DNA of 35,163 nt from an uncultured virus (IMG/VR IMGVR_UViG_2061766007_000638) (Duplodnaviria; Heunggongvirae; Uroviricota; Caudoviricetes): the IMG/VR virus record IMGVR_UViG_2061766007_000638. One strand, 5' to 3'. Below the pieces are notes generated by a model. The model searched no databases, was not told the origin of the DNA, and saw only the letters and a list, made by a program, of their open reading frames with translations. How positions within the stretch are numbered: position 1 is the first letter of the stretch; each line of letters begins with the position of its first letter. This document shows positions 8,865-18,969 of this stretch, piece after piece. The translations under genes were made by a program, and so were the position numbers.

Positions 8865-8993
8865 TTACTCCTTTACCAAATATTCAAAGCCCTCGTCAAT
8901 CAAAATCGCCCTTACCTGCTCTTTAAGTCTTGCGGGTACTTTTGCGTATGTTGTCTTTCCTGCTATGATCCTGTACGCATAAAACTCTGCCAT
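8865..8993 (-). CDS. CD1375-like small phage protein, 42 aa (absent from ORF track)
   Basis: MAEFYAYRIIAGKTTYAKVPARLKEQVRAILIDEGFEYLVKE; TAATG overlap with upstream gene; typical position at end of tail module. Confidence 0.8.
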   Translation of the reverse strand: MAEFYAYRIIAGKTTYAKVPARLKEQVRAILIDEGFEYLVKE

Positions 8994-9271
8994 TATTCCT
9001 CACCTCCAAGTACGATCTCTATAAGCTCCTCAAGAGCCTCTGCCGTTACCTCTGACGACTTTTCAACAGCGGTCAAGCGGCTTTCGATATTTGTATTTTG
9101 CTCAGTGTCATCCTCGATTTTGATATTCGTTTCCGTATACACAAAATCAGCTCCAAGAAAATCGACAGCCTCTGAAAACCTCATGCCGTCACGCTCGATA
9201 TAATATCCGCTGTCACTGTATGTTCTGCGGTACTGCTTACCGTTTATATCAATAACTTCGCTTTTTACCAT
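8993..9271 (-). CDS. Small tail-region protein with C-terminal coiled coil
   Basis: GGAGG SD before MVKSEV; RTYSDSGYYI..DG..F.EAVD...YTET motif. Confidence 0.75.
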   Translation of the reverse strand: MVKSEVIDINGKQYRRTYSDSGYYIERDGMRFSEAVDFLGADFVYTETNIKIEDDTEQNTNIESRLTAVEKSSEVTAEALEELIEIVLGGEE

Positions 9272-9822
9272 TCTGCTCCCTCCAATTCGCTTATACCTTT
9301 GATTTGATTTGCATATGTCACCCAATTTGTGGCGTTTTTGTAATTGTCAACCTGATTATCGGGTACATAAATATAGCCAGTGCCGCTTGCAATCGGGGTG
9401 TTGGTAAACGCATCTGTGCGTTCCAATGCTGCAACTGTGTTTCTACGCAAAACAAGAGTAGTAAGCATACCACTGCTGAGAAACGCTGCTGCTCCTATGC
9501 GTCCTAATAACGGAAAATCCGCTGTTGTTAAGTGCGCACAACCGGCAAATGTTGAAATCCCAATTTTTGTTACTACCGGGAGGTTAATTGTCGTAAGATT
9601 TGGGCAGGAGAAAAACGCGTTCGTTTCTGCGTTTGTCACTGATGGAAGATTTACTGTTGTAAGGCTTGTGCAGTAGGTAAACGCTCCTGCTCCTACGGTA
9701 GTTACCCTGTCGTTATTTATCTCAGTAATGCTGCGATTTATAAGTGCGTCAAGAGTGGCGGTGTCTGTATTACCGCCGCCTTTGCGAGATTGAATATATG
9801 TATAAATCTCATAATTTGTCAT
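9265..9822 (-). CDS. BspA-type leucine-rich repeat (LRR_5) protein
   Basis: Repeated xIGxxAFxxCxxLTTxxLP units; IYVP...Y..ATNW cap. Confidence 0.88.
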   Translation of the reverse strand: MTNYEIYTYIQSRKGGGNTDTATLDALINRSITEINNDRVTTVGAGAFTYCTSLTTVNLPSVTNAETNAFFSCPNLTTINLPVVTKIGISTFAGCAHLTTADFPLLGRIGAAAFLSSGMLTTLVLRRNTVAALERTDAFTNTPIASGTGYIYVPDNQVDNYKNATNWVTYANQIKGISELEGAEW

Positions 9823-10046
9823 TCGCCCGCCCCCCCATTTTTTTGCAGGATTTGATTAATCTCATGTTCTGCTTGTCGGCACTCCCACAGCATAGACTTA
9901 TATTGCGACTGCCGTTTTTCGGCTCTCTCTCTATCAACCAGTGTTTTATATTTTCGTTTGCATGTGAAAGTCGCAAGCAGCTTTTCTAACCTCTGAATTT
10001 CTGCGGTATAGCCGTCCCTCATTAACAAATAGTCATCAGCTGTCAT
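9819..10046 (-). CDS. Hypothetical basic helical protein (MTADDY family)
   Basis: ATGA overlaps at both ends. Confidence 0.75.
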   Translation of the reverse strand: MTADDYLLMRDGYTAEIQRLEKLLATFTCKRKYKTLVDRERAEKRQSQYKSMLWECRQAEHEINQILQKNGGAGE

Positions 10047-10285
10047 TCGCCGTCACCGCCCAATTTTACCCACTCGCCCACGTGCAAAATATACAAGTCC
10101 CCTGTGTCTGTACAAAGTGCCGTTGAACCGTCTACCGCATTGGTTATCGAATCAAGCTTTGAAATATCTGCCGAAAGCACGATGTAGTCATTGACGTTGT
10201 TATGCCGCTGCGCAGTCATTCTTATACTGCCAAAGTCGGGAACGCTGCCCGAATCAAAAATCATACCCATTACTATGACTGTCAT
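10043..10285 (-). CDS. Small tail-module hypothetical protein
   Basis: GSTALCTDTGDLYIL...GEW; tight operon packing. Confidence 0.75.
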   Translation of the reverse strand: MTVIVMGMIFDSGSVPDFGSIRMTAQRHNNVNDYIVLSADISKLDSITNAVDGSTALCTDTGDLYILHVGEWVKLGGDGE

Positions 10286-10288
10286 TTT

Positions 10289-10990
10289 TTACACCCCCAA
10301 AGGCACACAAAATGTTGCGCACGATAGATACTGATTGCCGTTCATAGTTATCGTGTTATACTGTTCCTGTGACTGCATTTTAAGCCACAGTTTGTCGGAT
10401 ATTAACGGCAAACTGCGTACAAACGCAGGTGTTAAAATTGTTACAGGCGCATTAATGACGTCTGTTCCTGCAACGGCATAGTTTGTGACGATCTCACCGC
10501 TTGAATCGCCTGTGTAAACTATGTAATAATACGTGTTGTCGGGCGATGTGCTGTCACTTGCAGTCGCTTTGAATGCCACTGCCGGTGCTGCTGATGTGTT
10601 GACATTGGTGCAGCTCGCAAAAAACCACACAATCCGTTTTGCGTTAGTATGTGCGTCCAAATCCGCCGCATTTGTCGCCGTTTGGAAGCCTGTGAATGCG
10701 ATCACACCATTATCAAATTTGATCAGTCTGTAAGCCATATATCGGGTGATGCTGCTTGCGGCTATTGTGGTACTCATGCCGCCGTAGTACAGCTGCACTG
10801 TCGTGCTATACATATCTGACTGTAAGTCGAGTGTGGATTTTAATGATAAACCGTCACCTATAGTTGCTGTCGTGACATCATTTGCTGTTTTGACATTTTC
10901 ATTGCCAAAAATTGCCTTCAAGTCGTTTACCCATTGCGTATTAAATGTGCTGCTGGTTGACTTGATGCCGTGCTGCTCTCGTTCTATCAT
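10289..10990 (-). CDS. Putative tail tip / receptor-binding protein
   Basis: Thr/Ser/Ala-rich, follows BppU-like gene; function inferred from synteny only. Confidence 0.6.
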   Translation of the reverse strand: MIEREQHGIKSTSSTFNTQWVNDLKAIFGNENVKTANDVTTATIGDGLSLKSTLDLQSDMYSTTVQLYYGGMSTTIAASSITRYMAYRLIKFDNGVIAFTGFQTATNAADLDAHTNAKRIVWFFASCTNVNTSAAPAVAFKATASDSTSPDNTYYYIVYTGDSSGEIVTNYAVAGTDVINAPVTILTPAFVRSLPLISDKLWLKMQSQEQYNTITMNGNQYLSCATFCVPLGV

Positions 10991-11811
10991 TCTTCTGCCT
11001 CCTCTGCTATGCCATAAATGCTGTTAGATGTACCGTATGCTTGCGCTGTTGATATGCCGTAGGGTGGGGTGCCGCTTGATGGTTTATGATATATGCCAAA
11101 AACTATAGTATCACCTAAATCAAAATTACCTCCCATGTGAAAGCTGATTTTGATATTGCTGCCCGTTATTTCCTCAAAGCTGTACTGTGCCGGCGGTATC
11201 ATATAACTACCGTTTTTCCAGATGATAATCCCGTCAACACCCGGTGTAAAGCTTTCTGCCGAGATCACATAGTAAGGATTATCGCCATAAAGCGTTGATG
11301 ATATATCCTCAATTGTTTCTGAGTAGATGTTTCGTGTGTATTCCGGATAAACGCTTGACAACGTGTATCTGATGTAGTTAGCCATAGTTTCAAGCGTTTC
11401 TTCTTTCAGTTCTGCTATAAAATCAGATGTAGGTACTATTTCGGGAGTGTTTGAACTCACAACAGTTCTTTCGATATCAAGCAAAAAAGTAGCCGTGTAT
11501 ATAGCATTACCGTTAAAAGATATTTTTACATCACAATATCCTTTGCCGCTTAACACGGTAAGCTGCGACGATATGGGAATGATTATATTATTATTGCTTA
11601 TTGTGCAGACTGTTTCCGCAGCGACAGAAACGCCCTCGACCGATGCCGAATATGTCACGCTTTCAGATCCTGCAAGCATTATCGGAACACCGTTGAAGGT
11701 AAGCGCAGCTCTTATTTTTCGTGCGCCGTTTTCGTTTTGTTTCAATTTGACCGTTCTCAATGAGCGATTATCCATAAAATCAAGCGTCAAGTCTTGATAT
11801 ATCGTATCCAT
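10987..11811 (-). CDS. BppU-like baseplate upper protein
   Basis: N-terminal LTLD...VKLKQNENGARKIRAAL..NG...G...CDVKI pattern; follows Tal. Confidence 0.8.
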   Translation of the reverse strand: MDTIYQDLTLDFMDNRSLRTVKLKQNENGARKIRAALTFNGVPIMLAGSESVTYSASVEGVSVAAETVCTISNNNIIIPISSQLTVLSGKGYCDVKISFNGNAIYTATFLLDIERTVVSSNTPEIVPTSDFIAELKEETLETMANYIRYTLSSVYPEYTRNIYSETIEDISSTLYGDNPYYVISAESFTPGVDGIIIWKNGSYMIPPAQYSFEEITGSNIKISFHMGGNFDLGDTIVFGIYHKPSSGTPPYGISTAQAYGTSNSIYGIAEEAEE

Positions 11812-12941
11812 TATGCACCTCCTATATTTTTTACGTTTATCAAATCTGCAAGTGTTTTTTTAGTTTGACCGAGCTGTATTTTGGTGTATCTTTCTAACAA
11901 GCAGTCATACTCGGTCTTTACTATTTTTGCCCGTGTGCTTATTCCGAAGGGTTCATAGTACACAAGAACCGTATCGCATAAATTGCAGCTTGAAAGCTGT
12001 TTTAAGCCGTTTTCCGTATCTATTGTGATACTTACCGATAATTGCGTCAAAGCCGCACGATTACCGCTGATATAAGCGTTTGCCAATGCGTCGAGTTTCT
12101 GTGTCAAACCTGCCGCCTCTGTCGGGTCGGCAGGTGCTCCGCTGTTTGAAACTATCAATACTTCATCGGAAAAATCATCGGTAAAGTCATAAGCTAACGC
12201 CCTTTTGTACGAAAGACTTGTATTTAAGGGGTATGTGTTCGAAGTTGTTATTGCTCGCTCGCCTTTTAACTGTCCCTGCGTGTCTTGCAGCTTCACATAA
12301 GCATACGGGTAAAAGTGCGAATATACGGTAGCAGACGAACACTCTTGTTTAAGACTGCTTATACCCGAACCGTACCTCAGACAAACGCCCGTGTCCGTTC
12401 CTCGGCTGTTTAGCAGGCTGATATTAAAATTGTCGTACTTGTACTCGCCACCGAATACATCAAGCAGAGAACCGTCAACACCGCCGAAAAAGTCGCCCAG
12501 CCTTACCAAGCGGTCAAAAGATACTGCCGATTGTGTCGTTATATCGGAGCTAAAAGAAAAGTCAAGCGGTAATGCTATAAGCTCTTCAATGTAGTCCCAT
12601 ACCGCCTGCGGAGTGCCTGTTTTTGTAAAAGATTCGCTTATAAGATTATCATTCGCAAGATATTTGATGTGTCTTGCTTTTGCCTGCACCTTGTTTTTCT
12701 CTGCTATTGTTGAGTAAATATAAAATAACTGCGTATTTTCGGGTGTTTTAGCTTTTACAAGCATTCCCGGCAGAATATTGCCGTCAAGCCTGTCGTTTCT
12801 CAGCACACTCATATCAAGCTCATAAACGCCGTTTCTTTCTTCCGACACACGGCAGGAAGAGCAGTTTTTTATAAAGCCTAACCCGTTTGTGTTTAGCAGA
12901 TCTTGTTTTGCGGCATTTGAGTTATACAAAATCGGAAGCAT
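11811..12941 (-). CDS. Tail hub / Tal (prophage tail endopeptidase family)
   Basis: NGLG...CRVSEERNGVYEL, SLLDVFGGEYKYDNF, RGTDTGV.LRYG, LCDTV...YDCL.ERY..I.LG. Confidence 0.9.
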   Translation of the reverse strand: MLPILYNSNAAKQDLLNTNGLGFIKNCSSCRVSEERNGVYELDMSVLRNDRLDGNILPGMLVKAKTPENTQLFYIYSTIAEKNKVQAKARHIKYLANDNLISESFTKTGTPQAVWDYIEELIALPLDFSFSSDITTQSAVSFDRLVRLGDFFGGVDGSLLDVFGGEYKYDNFNISLLNSRGTDTGVCLRYGSGISSLKQECSSATVYSHFYPYAYVKLQDTQGQLKGERAITTSNTYPLNTSLSYKRALAYDFTDDFSDEVLIVSNSGAPADPTEAAGLTQKLDALANAYISGNRAALTQLSVSITIDTENGLKQLSSCNLCDTVLVYYEPFGISTRAKIVKTEYDCLLERYTKIQLGQTKKTLADLINVKNIGGA

Positions 12942-13682
12942 TTACAACCGCCTCCAATTCGGCATTATATCGACCGTAAAACTGTTAGTGCCTGTTATAA
13001 TTATGCTGTTAATGCCTGCCTTAAAGCAAGGAAGGCTTAAAGCTGATAATCTGTCGCTGCACGAACCGTTACTGTCGTACACGTCCTCGCTTTGCTTATC
13101 TATCACCACATAGTTCGATATATCCGTGATAGTTAAGGAAACATCATTAACGGCAACGGTAAAATCACCGCCGCCGTTGATTTTGATAATCGGTTCACTG
13201 CTCCACATTTCGGGGTTTGTGATAGTTGTTGAAACTGCGTTATTGCTCGATACAAGCGATATTTTATTACTTCCCGTATCGCTGTATAAAAAAGGCTCAC
13301 AGTTAAAAGTAACTTTAACTGTCACCATTCCGGACGCTTCAACGATCGGATCTGAAACAGACGTACAAACAGCTTTTCTATAGTACCCTTGTGTATATGT
13401 ATCTCTTAATATTTTGTACTCGGCGGCAGTCATAAGCCATTCGCTAAGTTTGAAAACAAACTCCTGCTCCGTTCTCTGCTCAAAGGGCATTGACGTTATT
13501 TTATATGTAATCGACTTGTTTTTATATCTGCCGTTGTCGGTAATAATATCGCCGCTTTTTCCGGGCAGGCTTGTAAATTCTATGTCTTTGATCGCTATTG
13601 TATAATGCGGTGTTTCGCTCAAAACAGCTCCGAATTCGGAGAGGTGCTGTCCGCCAAATTCAAGATCGTGCTTATTACGCAT
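12942..13682 (-). CDS. Distal tail protein (Dit)
   Basis: PGKSGD, VTFNCEPFLY, NP...SEPIIKI.G.G, PNWRRL; start MRNKH just after TMP stop. Confidence 0.88.
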   Translation of the reverse strand: MRNKHDLEFGGQHLSEFGAVLSETPHYTIAIKDIEFTSLPGKSGDIITDNGRYKNKSITYKITSMPFEQRTEQEFVFKLSEWLMTAAEYKILRDTYTQGYYRKAVCTSVSDPIVEASGMVTVKVTFNCEPFLYSDTGSNKISLVSSNNAVSTTITNPEMWSSEPIIKINGGGDFTVAVNDVSLTITDISNYVVIDKQSEDVYDSNGSCSDRLSALSLPCFKAGINSIIITGTNSFTVDIMPNWRRL

Positions 13683-13683
13683 A

Positions 13684-16600
13684 TTAAAACACCACCTTTT
13701 TTTGGTATACAAAATCATACAGCCTGCCCTCTATATAATCAGATAATTCATCAAGAGAGCTGNNNNNNNNNNNNNNNNNNNNNNNNNNNNNNNNNNNNNC
13801 TGTTTCTCGTTATAGTTTCGCCTGCGCCGCTGTTTATATCAGCAGGATTAACCGTCTGCAAGCGTGGATCACCGCTGTTAACAGCGATATTTGGATCAAT
13901 ATCAAAGCTTGTCGGAATACTGTTCTGCATTTCTTTTGAAACGCTGTTCATAGTATCGGAAAAGCCCTCGCCTATACCTAAAGCGAGATTTTCACCTATC
14001 ACATCACGAAACAGTGTTGACGGAGAGTGTATGCCGAAAAAGTTCATAATGCTGTCGGTGATAGAAGTACACCAGCCGAAAATATTGTCAATTAGCCAGT
14101 CTTTCGCATTTGTAATGCCCTCCCAGATACCAGATACAAGATTGGAACCGACATCAACCATTTTCCAAAACTGTTCCGAGATTCGGTCTGTGATACCGTT
14201 GACAATTTCGGGCATACGATCTGCAATTTTTGTGACTGTATTTGCAAGATCGCCCACCAAAGACATCAACAACTTTTTACCTAAATCAACGATCACCGGA
14301 AACAGCTCCGTTATTGCTGTAACTATGCCTGCAATTATTTCGGGCATAGCGTCTTTAATTGCTTGAATTATTTCGGGTAAGTTCTCGATCAATGCAAGCA
14401 GAAGCTCAACACCGCAATCAATGATAGTTGAGATGTTGTCAACTAAAGTTGATACAATAGAATCAATAATTCTCGGCAGCTGTAAAACGATCGAATTAAT
14501 TATCTTTGGTAAGTCCTTTATTAGTGCGGTAAGCAATGTTACACCAGTATTAATTATCAATGGTAAATTTGCCGTTACCGCTCCGACAATGCCCGTTATA
14601 ATAGGCGGTATTGCCTGTGTGAGCATTGTTATTATTTGCGGCAAAGCACCGAGCAAAGCATTTACAATGCTGAATATGCCTTGTAACAGTGTTGGCAGCT
14701 GAGATAATACCGCATTTAAAATACTATTAATTAAAATGGGTAAAGCCTGCGTGATAAGCCCTATAAGCTGAGGCAGATATTCAATTATAGATGTAACAAG
14801 ATATACCGTTAAGTTGATTATTTCCGGCAAAAGCTCGGGCAGCAGAAAATCAACAAGATATGTAACAAAATCAACAAGCGTTGGCAGAAGTTCCGGTATC
14901 AGCCCTACCAATGCCGATATAGCTTCACTGATTAAATCGGATAATGACAATACAATAGCAGGCAATTCTACTGCAGCTGCTTCTATAATGCTTTCCACAA
15001 TATCCGGTATATTATCAGTGATCAGCCTTACTCCGTTTTGGAAGAATTTCAAAATTGAGGTAAACAACATTCCCGCTCTGCTTATAAGTATTGCAATAAT
15101 ACCGGGCAATTCGCCTATAATGCCGTCTGCAATTTCTATAACAGCGTCAAGAATGGTTTGTGAGTTATCCAAAAATCCGTTAGCTAAAGCCAATATAATA
15201 CTTTTTGCCGACTGCGCAATACTCGGCGCATTTTCCGCAAGAGAATCGCCAAGCGAGTTAATAAGCGTATTAGCGGCATTAACAACTTGCGGAACATACT
15301 CAACAGCTTTATTTGCAATATCGGCTAAAAAGCTTCCCGCAGCATTCGCCGCTTCTTCAAGTCCTCCGCTTTTAAATGCTTCATTCAACTTACTTAATCC
15401 GTCTGTCGCAAACTGCACACTCTCTCGCAGATCGTCATTAAAGGTTTCGTAAAACGTTACACCCAAAGCCTCTGCGGCAGACTGCATTAGTTTTATATCG
15501 CCTTCAAGGTTATCGATCATTGTTTTAGCCTGCTGTGCCGCCGCTCCTTCTCCCTCGCTTGCGTTTGCAAGTTCTTCTTTAAATAGTTCTACCTTTTCGG
15601 TTGAGGAGGCAGTCATTTTATTGAACGCATTTAAGCCGTTAGTTGTAAAAATAGTATTCTTGTATGCGTTCGCCTGCTCGTCTGTCATAGTCGAAAGTTT
15701 AGCGTTGAGTTCATCTACAACAACATTAAAATCTCTCGTATTTCCTTGACTGTCATACGCAGCAATACCCAACTCTTGTAGAGCCTGTTTTGCGGTATCG
15801 GTGGGAGTATAAAGGTCAGTCATAGCACGATTAAGCTGTGTTGCAGCGTTTTCACCCGTAACATTTTGTTCGGCAAGTCTTAAAAGCGACAATGTCACCC
15901 CATCTGCCGTTTGCCCGTAAGAGTTAGCGTTTGCGGCAGTTCTCGACAATGCCGCACCGAGGTCATTAACATTGGTGTTCGCAAGAGTTGCACCCTTTGC
16001 CATAAGGTCGGTGTATTTCTGTGCGTTCTCCATAGTATCGCCAAAACCTTTGACAGTACCCGTTGTATAGCTTGCCGCACTTTCCAAAGCCAAACTTCCT
16101 GCCGCCGCAAGGTCGAGCACCTTTTCAATACCTGCGATCTGCTCTTCCGTACTAAGTCCCGACATAGCGAGGATATTTAAACCCTGCGCCGCCTCGGTAG
16201 CTGAAAACTGCGTTGTCGCTCCCATTTCTTTCGCTTTTTCGGTAAGGTCTGAAATTTCGTCGGTGGTTTTGCCCATGGTTGCGGCGATTTGAGATATAGA
16301 AGATTCAAAACTTTTGCCGACATCCGTTGCTGCTGTCATAGCTTTAACGGCAAGTTTAGCCATTTCCTCTTGAACCGATACCAAAGCCTTGCCTATATCT
16401 AATGCCGCCGTTCCTATGTCCTGTGCAGCGGTCGTTACAGCACTGCCTACTTGTGCGGCAACTGCTTTTAGCTCTTTAAAGGTAGCTGCAGCCTTGTCGT
16501 TTTGATCTGCAAGCTTGCTTTCTTCCTGCGTTAAATCTTCCGTACTGCTTAAAGTCTGAGTGTTAGCTTGATTGACGTTTCTCTGCTCCGCTTCCAGCTT

Positions 16601-16936
16601 TTTCAAACTCCCCTCGGTGCTTATGATCTCTCTTTGAAACGCTCTGTAAGCGTCTGCACCTATCTCGCCGCTTTTGTACTTTTCCTCAACCTGTGCCTGT
16701 GCGCTTTTTAGCTGCTGTAATTTATCCGAGGTGTTTTTGACCTGCTCAGATAAAATCTGCTGTTTCTGTGCAAGCAAGGTTGTATTTGTCGGGTCGAATT
16801 TTAAAGCGTTGTTGACCTGTCTTAACTCTGAATTGAGTATTTTTGACGATTTGTCTACCTCGTTTAACGCTTTTTGAAGTCCGACGGTATTACCGCCAAT
16901 TTCAACAGTAATTCCCTTTATTGCTTTTAATGCCAT
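13684..16936 (-). CDS. Tail tape measure protein, phage A (TP901-type core); gap 13763-13799
   Basis: IKGITVEIGG start, TQFSATEAAQGL core, amphipathic repeats, FFGIHSPS; likely true C-terminus SSLDELSDYIEGRLYDFVYQKKVVF* ends at 13684. Confidence 0.93.
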
Positions 16937-16942
16937 TATTTC

Positions 16943-16992
16943 ACCTCTTTTCGGGTATAAAACAGCACCTTGCTTTTATTGCAAAGTGCTGT
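16943..16992 (-). terminator. Terminator-like hairpin plus TATACCCGAAAAGAGGTG element before TMP
   Basis: ACAGCACTTTGC-AATAAAA-GCAAGGTGCTGT then TTTATACCCGAAAAGAGGTG. Confidence 0.6.
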
Positions 16993-17054
16993 AAATTACG
17001 ATAGTTTTATAAATAAATATAAAAAAACTTTCAAAAAAGTGGGGCGGTCTTTTT

Positions 17055-17318
17055 TTACTCCCACTCTGCAAGCTGCTGTTTGAATTTGTCGTATTTATCT
17101 TTTGGTATAAGTCCGTTTTTATAATCCTCATCAACCTTAGGTTCAATCGTTTTCAGTGTTTTGTATTTCTCATCGTCGCTGTATGCACTGTCGCTCTTTG
17201 TCATTGATTTATTCTTGACGTGAATAAAATCAATAATCGTCCCTATGTTCCATTCGTCAATTTCGCAGGCGGCAAGTCCTGCATTTTTACAGCAGAGTAC
17301 AAACTCCGCAGCGGTCAT
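17055..17318 (-). CDS. Tail assembly chaperone, T segment (gpGT by -1 frameshift)
   Basis: In the -1 frame of the upstream slippery site; lies between gpG and TMP. Confidence 0.85.
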   Translation of the reverse strand: MTAAEFVLCCKNAGLAACEIDEWNIGTIIDFIHVKNKSMTKSDSAYSDDEKYKTLKTIEPKVDEDYKNGLIPKDKYDKFKQQLAEWE

Positions 17319-17665
17319 TAGTTCGCCGCTTGATTTGCCGCCCTTCCTGCGTTTTTTGTGAGTGTTTTAACAGCCTTTGAAACAAGCTCCGACAATTCCC
17401 CCCACACCTCAAAAATATCTATCTCGTCAAAGCTGTCATACCACGTCTGAGGGTCGGGTATAGTCGGGTCTGCCGTCTTTGCAAGTACCCATGTCATATT
17501 TTCTATAACAGAGAAATTTATTTTTGACGGGTCTTTCTTTGCCGTGTTAAGTGAAGCGAGATCGACAAAGAATTCGCTGCCGAATTGGTTGCGGTATCGC
17601 ATAAGAGTACCGCCCGTACACTTAAAATTAATAGCTCTGCCGTCAATGGTGAGTGTTTTTTCCAT
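17318..17665 (-). CDS. Tail assembly chaperone gpG
   Basis: MEKTLTIDG...RYRNQF..EFF.D, WVLAKTAD..IP.P..W..SF; follows major tail gene. Confidence 0.9.
   Translation of the reverse strand: MEKTLTIDGRAINFKCTGGTLMRYRNQFGSEFFVDLASLNTAKKDPSKINFSVIENMTWVLAKTADPTIPDPQTWYDSFDEIDIFEVWGELSELVSKAVKTLTKNAGRAANQAAN
17351..17357 (-). promoter_or_regulatory. -1 programmed ribosomal frameshift site A AAA AAC
   Basis: Correct phase; -1 frame reads KKRRKGGKSSGELMTAAEF into the T segment; conserved at 26013-26019 and 26563-26569. Confidence 0.88.
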
Positions 17666-17698
17666 AACGTTTCTCCTTTTAAGGTTTTGTGTTCGTAG

Positions 17699-18247
17699 TT
17701 ACAGCGCAGGCTCGGGAATTGCTCCAAGCTCTTCTGTACCCGATATTTTCAAACGAACCGCCTTGTCCTTCAGTCTCGGTTTTGCGTTGATCTTGTATGT
17801 GACAAACTGTTCCTCCCAATTGCCCTGCTCTGCCGTTTTGCCTGTGATGTCGGGTCTTGATGTACAAACGCAGTTATAGAATATCTCTGTCTTGCCTACG
17901 TCGCTTGTATCGTTGTCGGAAAGAATGAGAGCAAATCTCGGCTTTTCCGTATCTTTAGCGACTTCAAGAGTACCGTTTGAACGTATCTCAAAACCAAGCC
18001 ACTGCTCGGCAATAGTGTCAATGATATCAATGAGAGTCAGTTCTATCTCATAGCCGCCGTTTACCTCGGCTTCATAGACCGTTTGCGAGTTTGCGTCTAT
18101 CGTTTTTACAGTGCCGGATGCAGTCGCTTTGTACTCTCTGCCGCCTGCCTCTGCGGCCGCGAAATATATGGGAGTACCGACTGTATAAGTATCTGCGTCT
18201 TGTGCAGTTATCGGCGCAAAACCGACATTTACGAGTTTTGTTTTCAT
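17699..18247 (-). CDS. Major tail protein (phi13-like family)
   Basis: NGGYEIEL.L, PRFAL, FYNC...RP; synteny. Confidence 0.9.
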   Translation of the reverse strand: MKTKLVNVGFAPITAQDADTYTVGTPIYFAAAEAGGREYKATASGTVKTIDANSQTVYEAEVNGGYEIELTLIDIIDTIAEQWLGFEIRSNGTLEVAKDTEKPRFALILSDNDTSDVGKTEIFYNCVCTSRPDITGKTAEQGNWEEQFVTYKINAKPRLKDKAVRLKISGTEELGAIPEPAL

Positions 18248-18262
18248 AGGATTTTGTCCCCC

Positions 18263-18583
18263 TTACAGTTCAAAAGTATAGTATGTTATATATAGCTGTT
18301 CCTCCGAAATGTAGGAACGGTTTTTCTCATATGTAGTAAAATTATCAAGATAATTTTCAACAATTACCTCGTTCTCATCCGTCTGCCCTGCCTTTGTGTA
18401 AAGCTCCAATACGATAGCCGTTTTGCATAGAACCGCCCTTGAATCTGCCGCTGTAAACTCAAAATCGTTGTCGGTGTAGATCAGATACGGCGCTGTTTGT
18501 TCCTCCAAGAATACGGTATGCGCCGCAGGAAACGGAAGAGAATCAAGCGACTGCGCAAAGCTTTCTTTGTCAAACTTTATCAT
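18263..18583 (-). CDS. Tail completion/terminator protein
   Basis: PYLIY...AD...LELYT...YISEEQLY..YY; synteny. Confidence 0.8.
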   Translation of the reverse strand: MIKFDKESFAQSLDSLPFPAAHTVFLEEQTAPYLIYTDNDFEFTAADSRAVLCKTAIVLELYTKAGQTDENEVIVENYLDNFTTYEKNRSYISEEQLYITYYTFEL

Positions 18584-18966
18584 TTATGCCCCGCCTTTTG
18601 TATATCCTTTTCGACCTTTGCGGTAAATTCCTTAATGATCATTTCCTCCGCTGGTGCTATGTGCGGTATCGCCTTCACCCTTTTAGTACCGCCTTTTATT
18701 GCGTGCCCGTATTCAAGCAAATGTGTGAGCTGATAGTCCGTTGCATTGTGTACAACAAATTGACTGCCTGCTTGATCTTTGTAAACCTGCCGAACTTTCC
18801 AGCCTTTTTTATAATCGCCTGTTCTTTCGGGAGAAGTTTCTTCAAGCGTTCGCCTGAGCTTATTGGCGCAGCTTCTTGCGGACTTATTCACACGATCTGC
18901 AAGCTCGTTTGTATATGTTTGTAATTCGCTCATAATTGCCTGTGAGAGGTCTATATCACTGCCCAT
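18580..18966 (-). CDS. HK97 gp10-like tail component
   Basis: SPERTGDYKKGW, YQLTHLLEYGH, PHIAPAEE. Confidence 0.9.
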   Translation of the reverse strand: MGSDIDLSQAIMSELQTYTNELADRVNKSARSCANKLRRTLEETSPERTGDYKKGWKVRQVYKDQAGSQFVVHNATDYQLTHLLEYGHAIKGGTKRVKAIPHIAPAEEMIIKEFTAKVEKDIQKAGHK

Positions 18967-18969
18967 ATA

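Noticed and set aside
9265..10990. Diversity-generating retroelement targeting LRR or tail genes
   Set aside because: No reverse transcriptase and no template/variable repeat pair seen in the window
13683..13762. Apparent TMP-Dit intergenic region with a TATACC-like motif
   Set aside because: It encodes the likely TMP C-terminus; the track stop at 13751 reflects an inexact gap length
13605..15452. Long plus-strand ORFs opposite the TMP and other structural genes
   Set aside because: Antisense frames with no recognisable motifs
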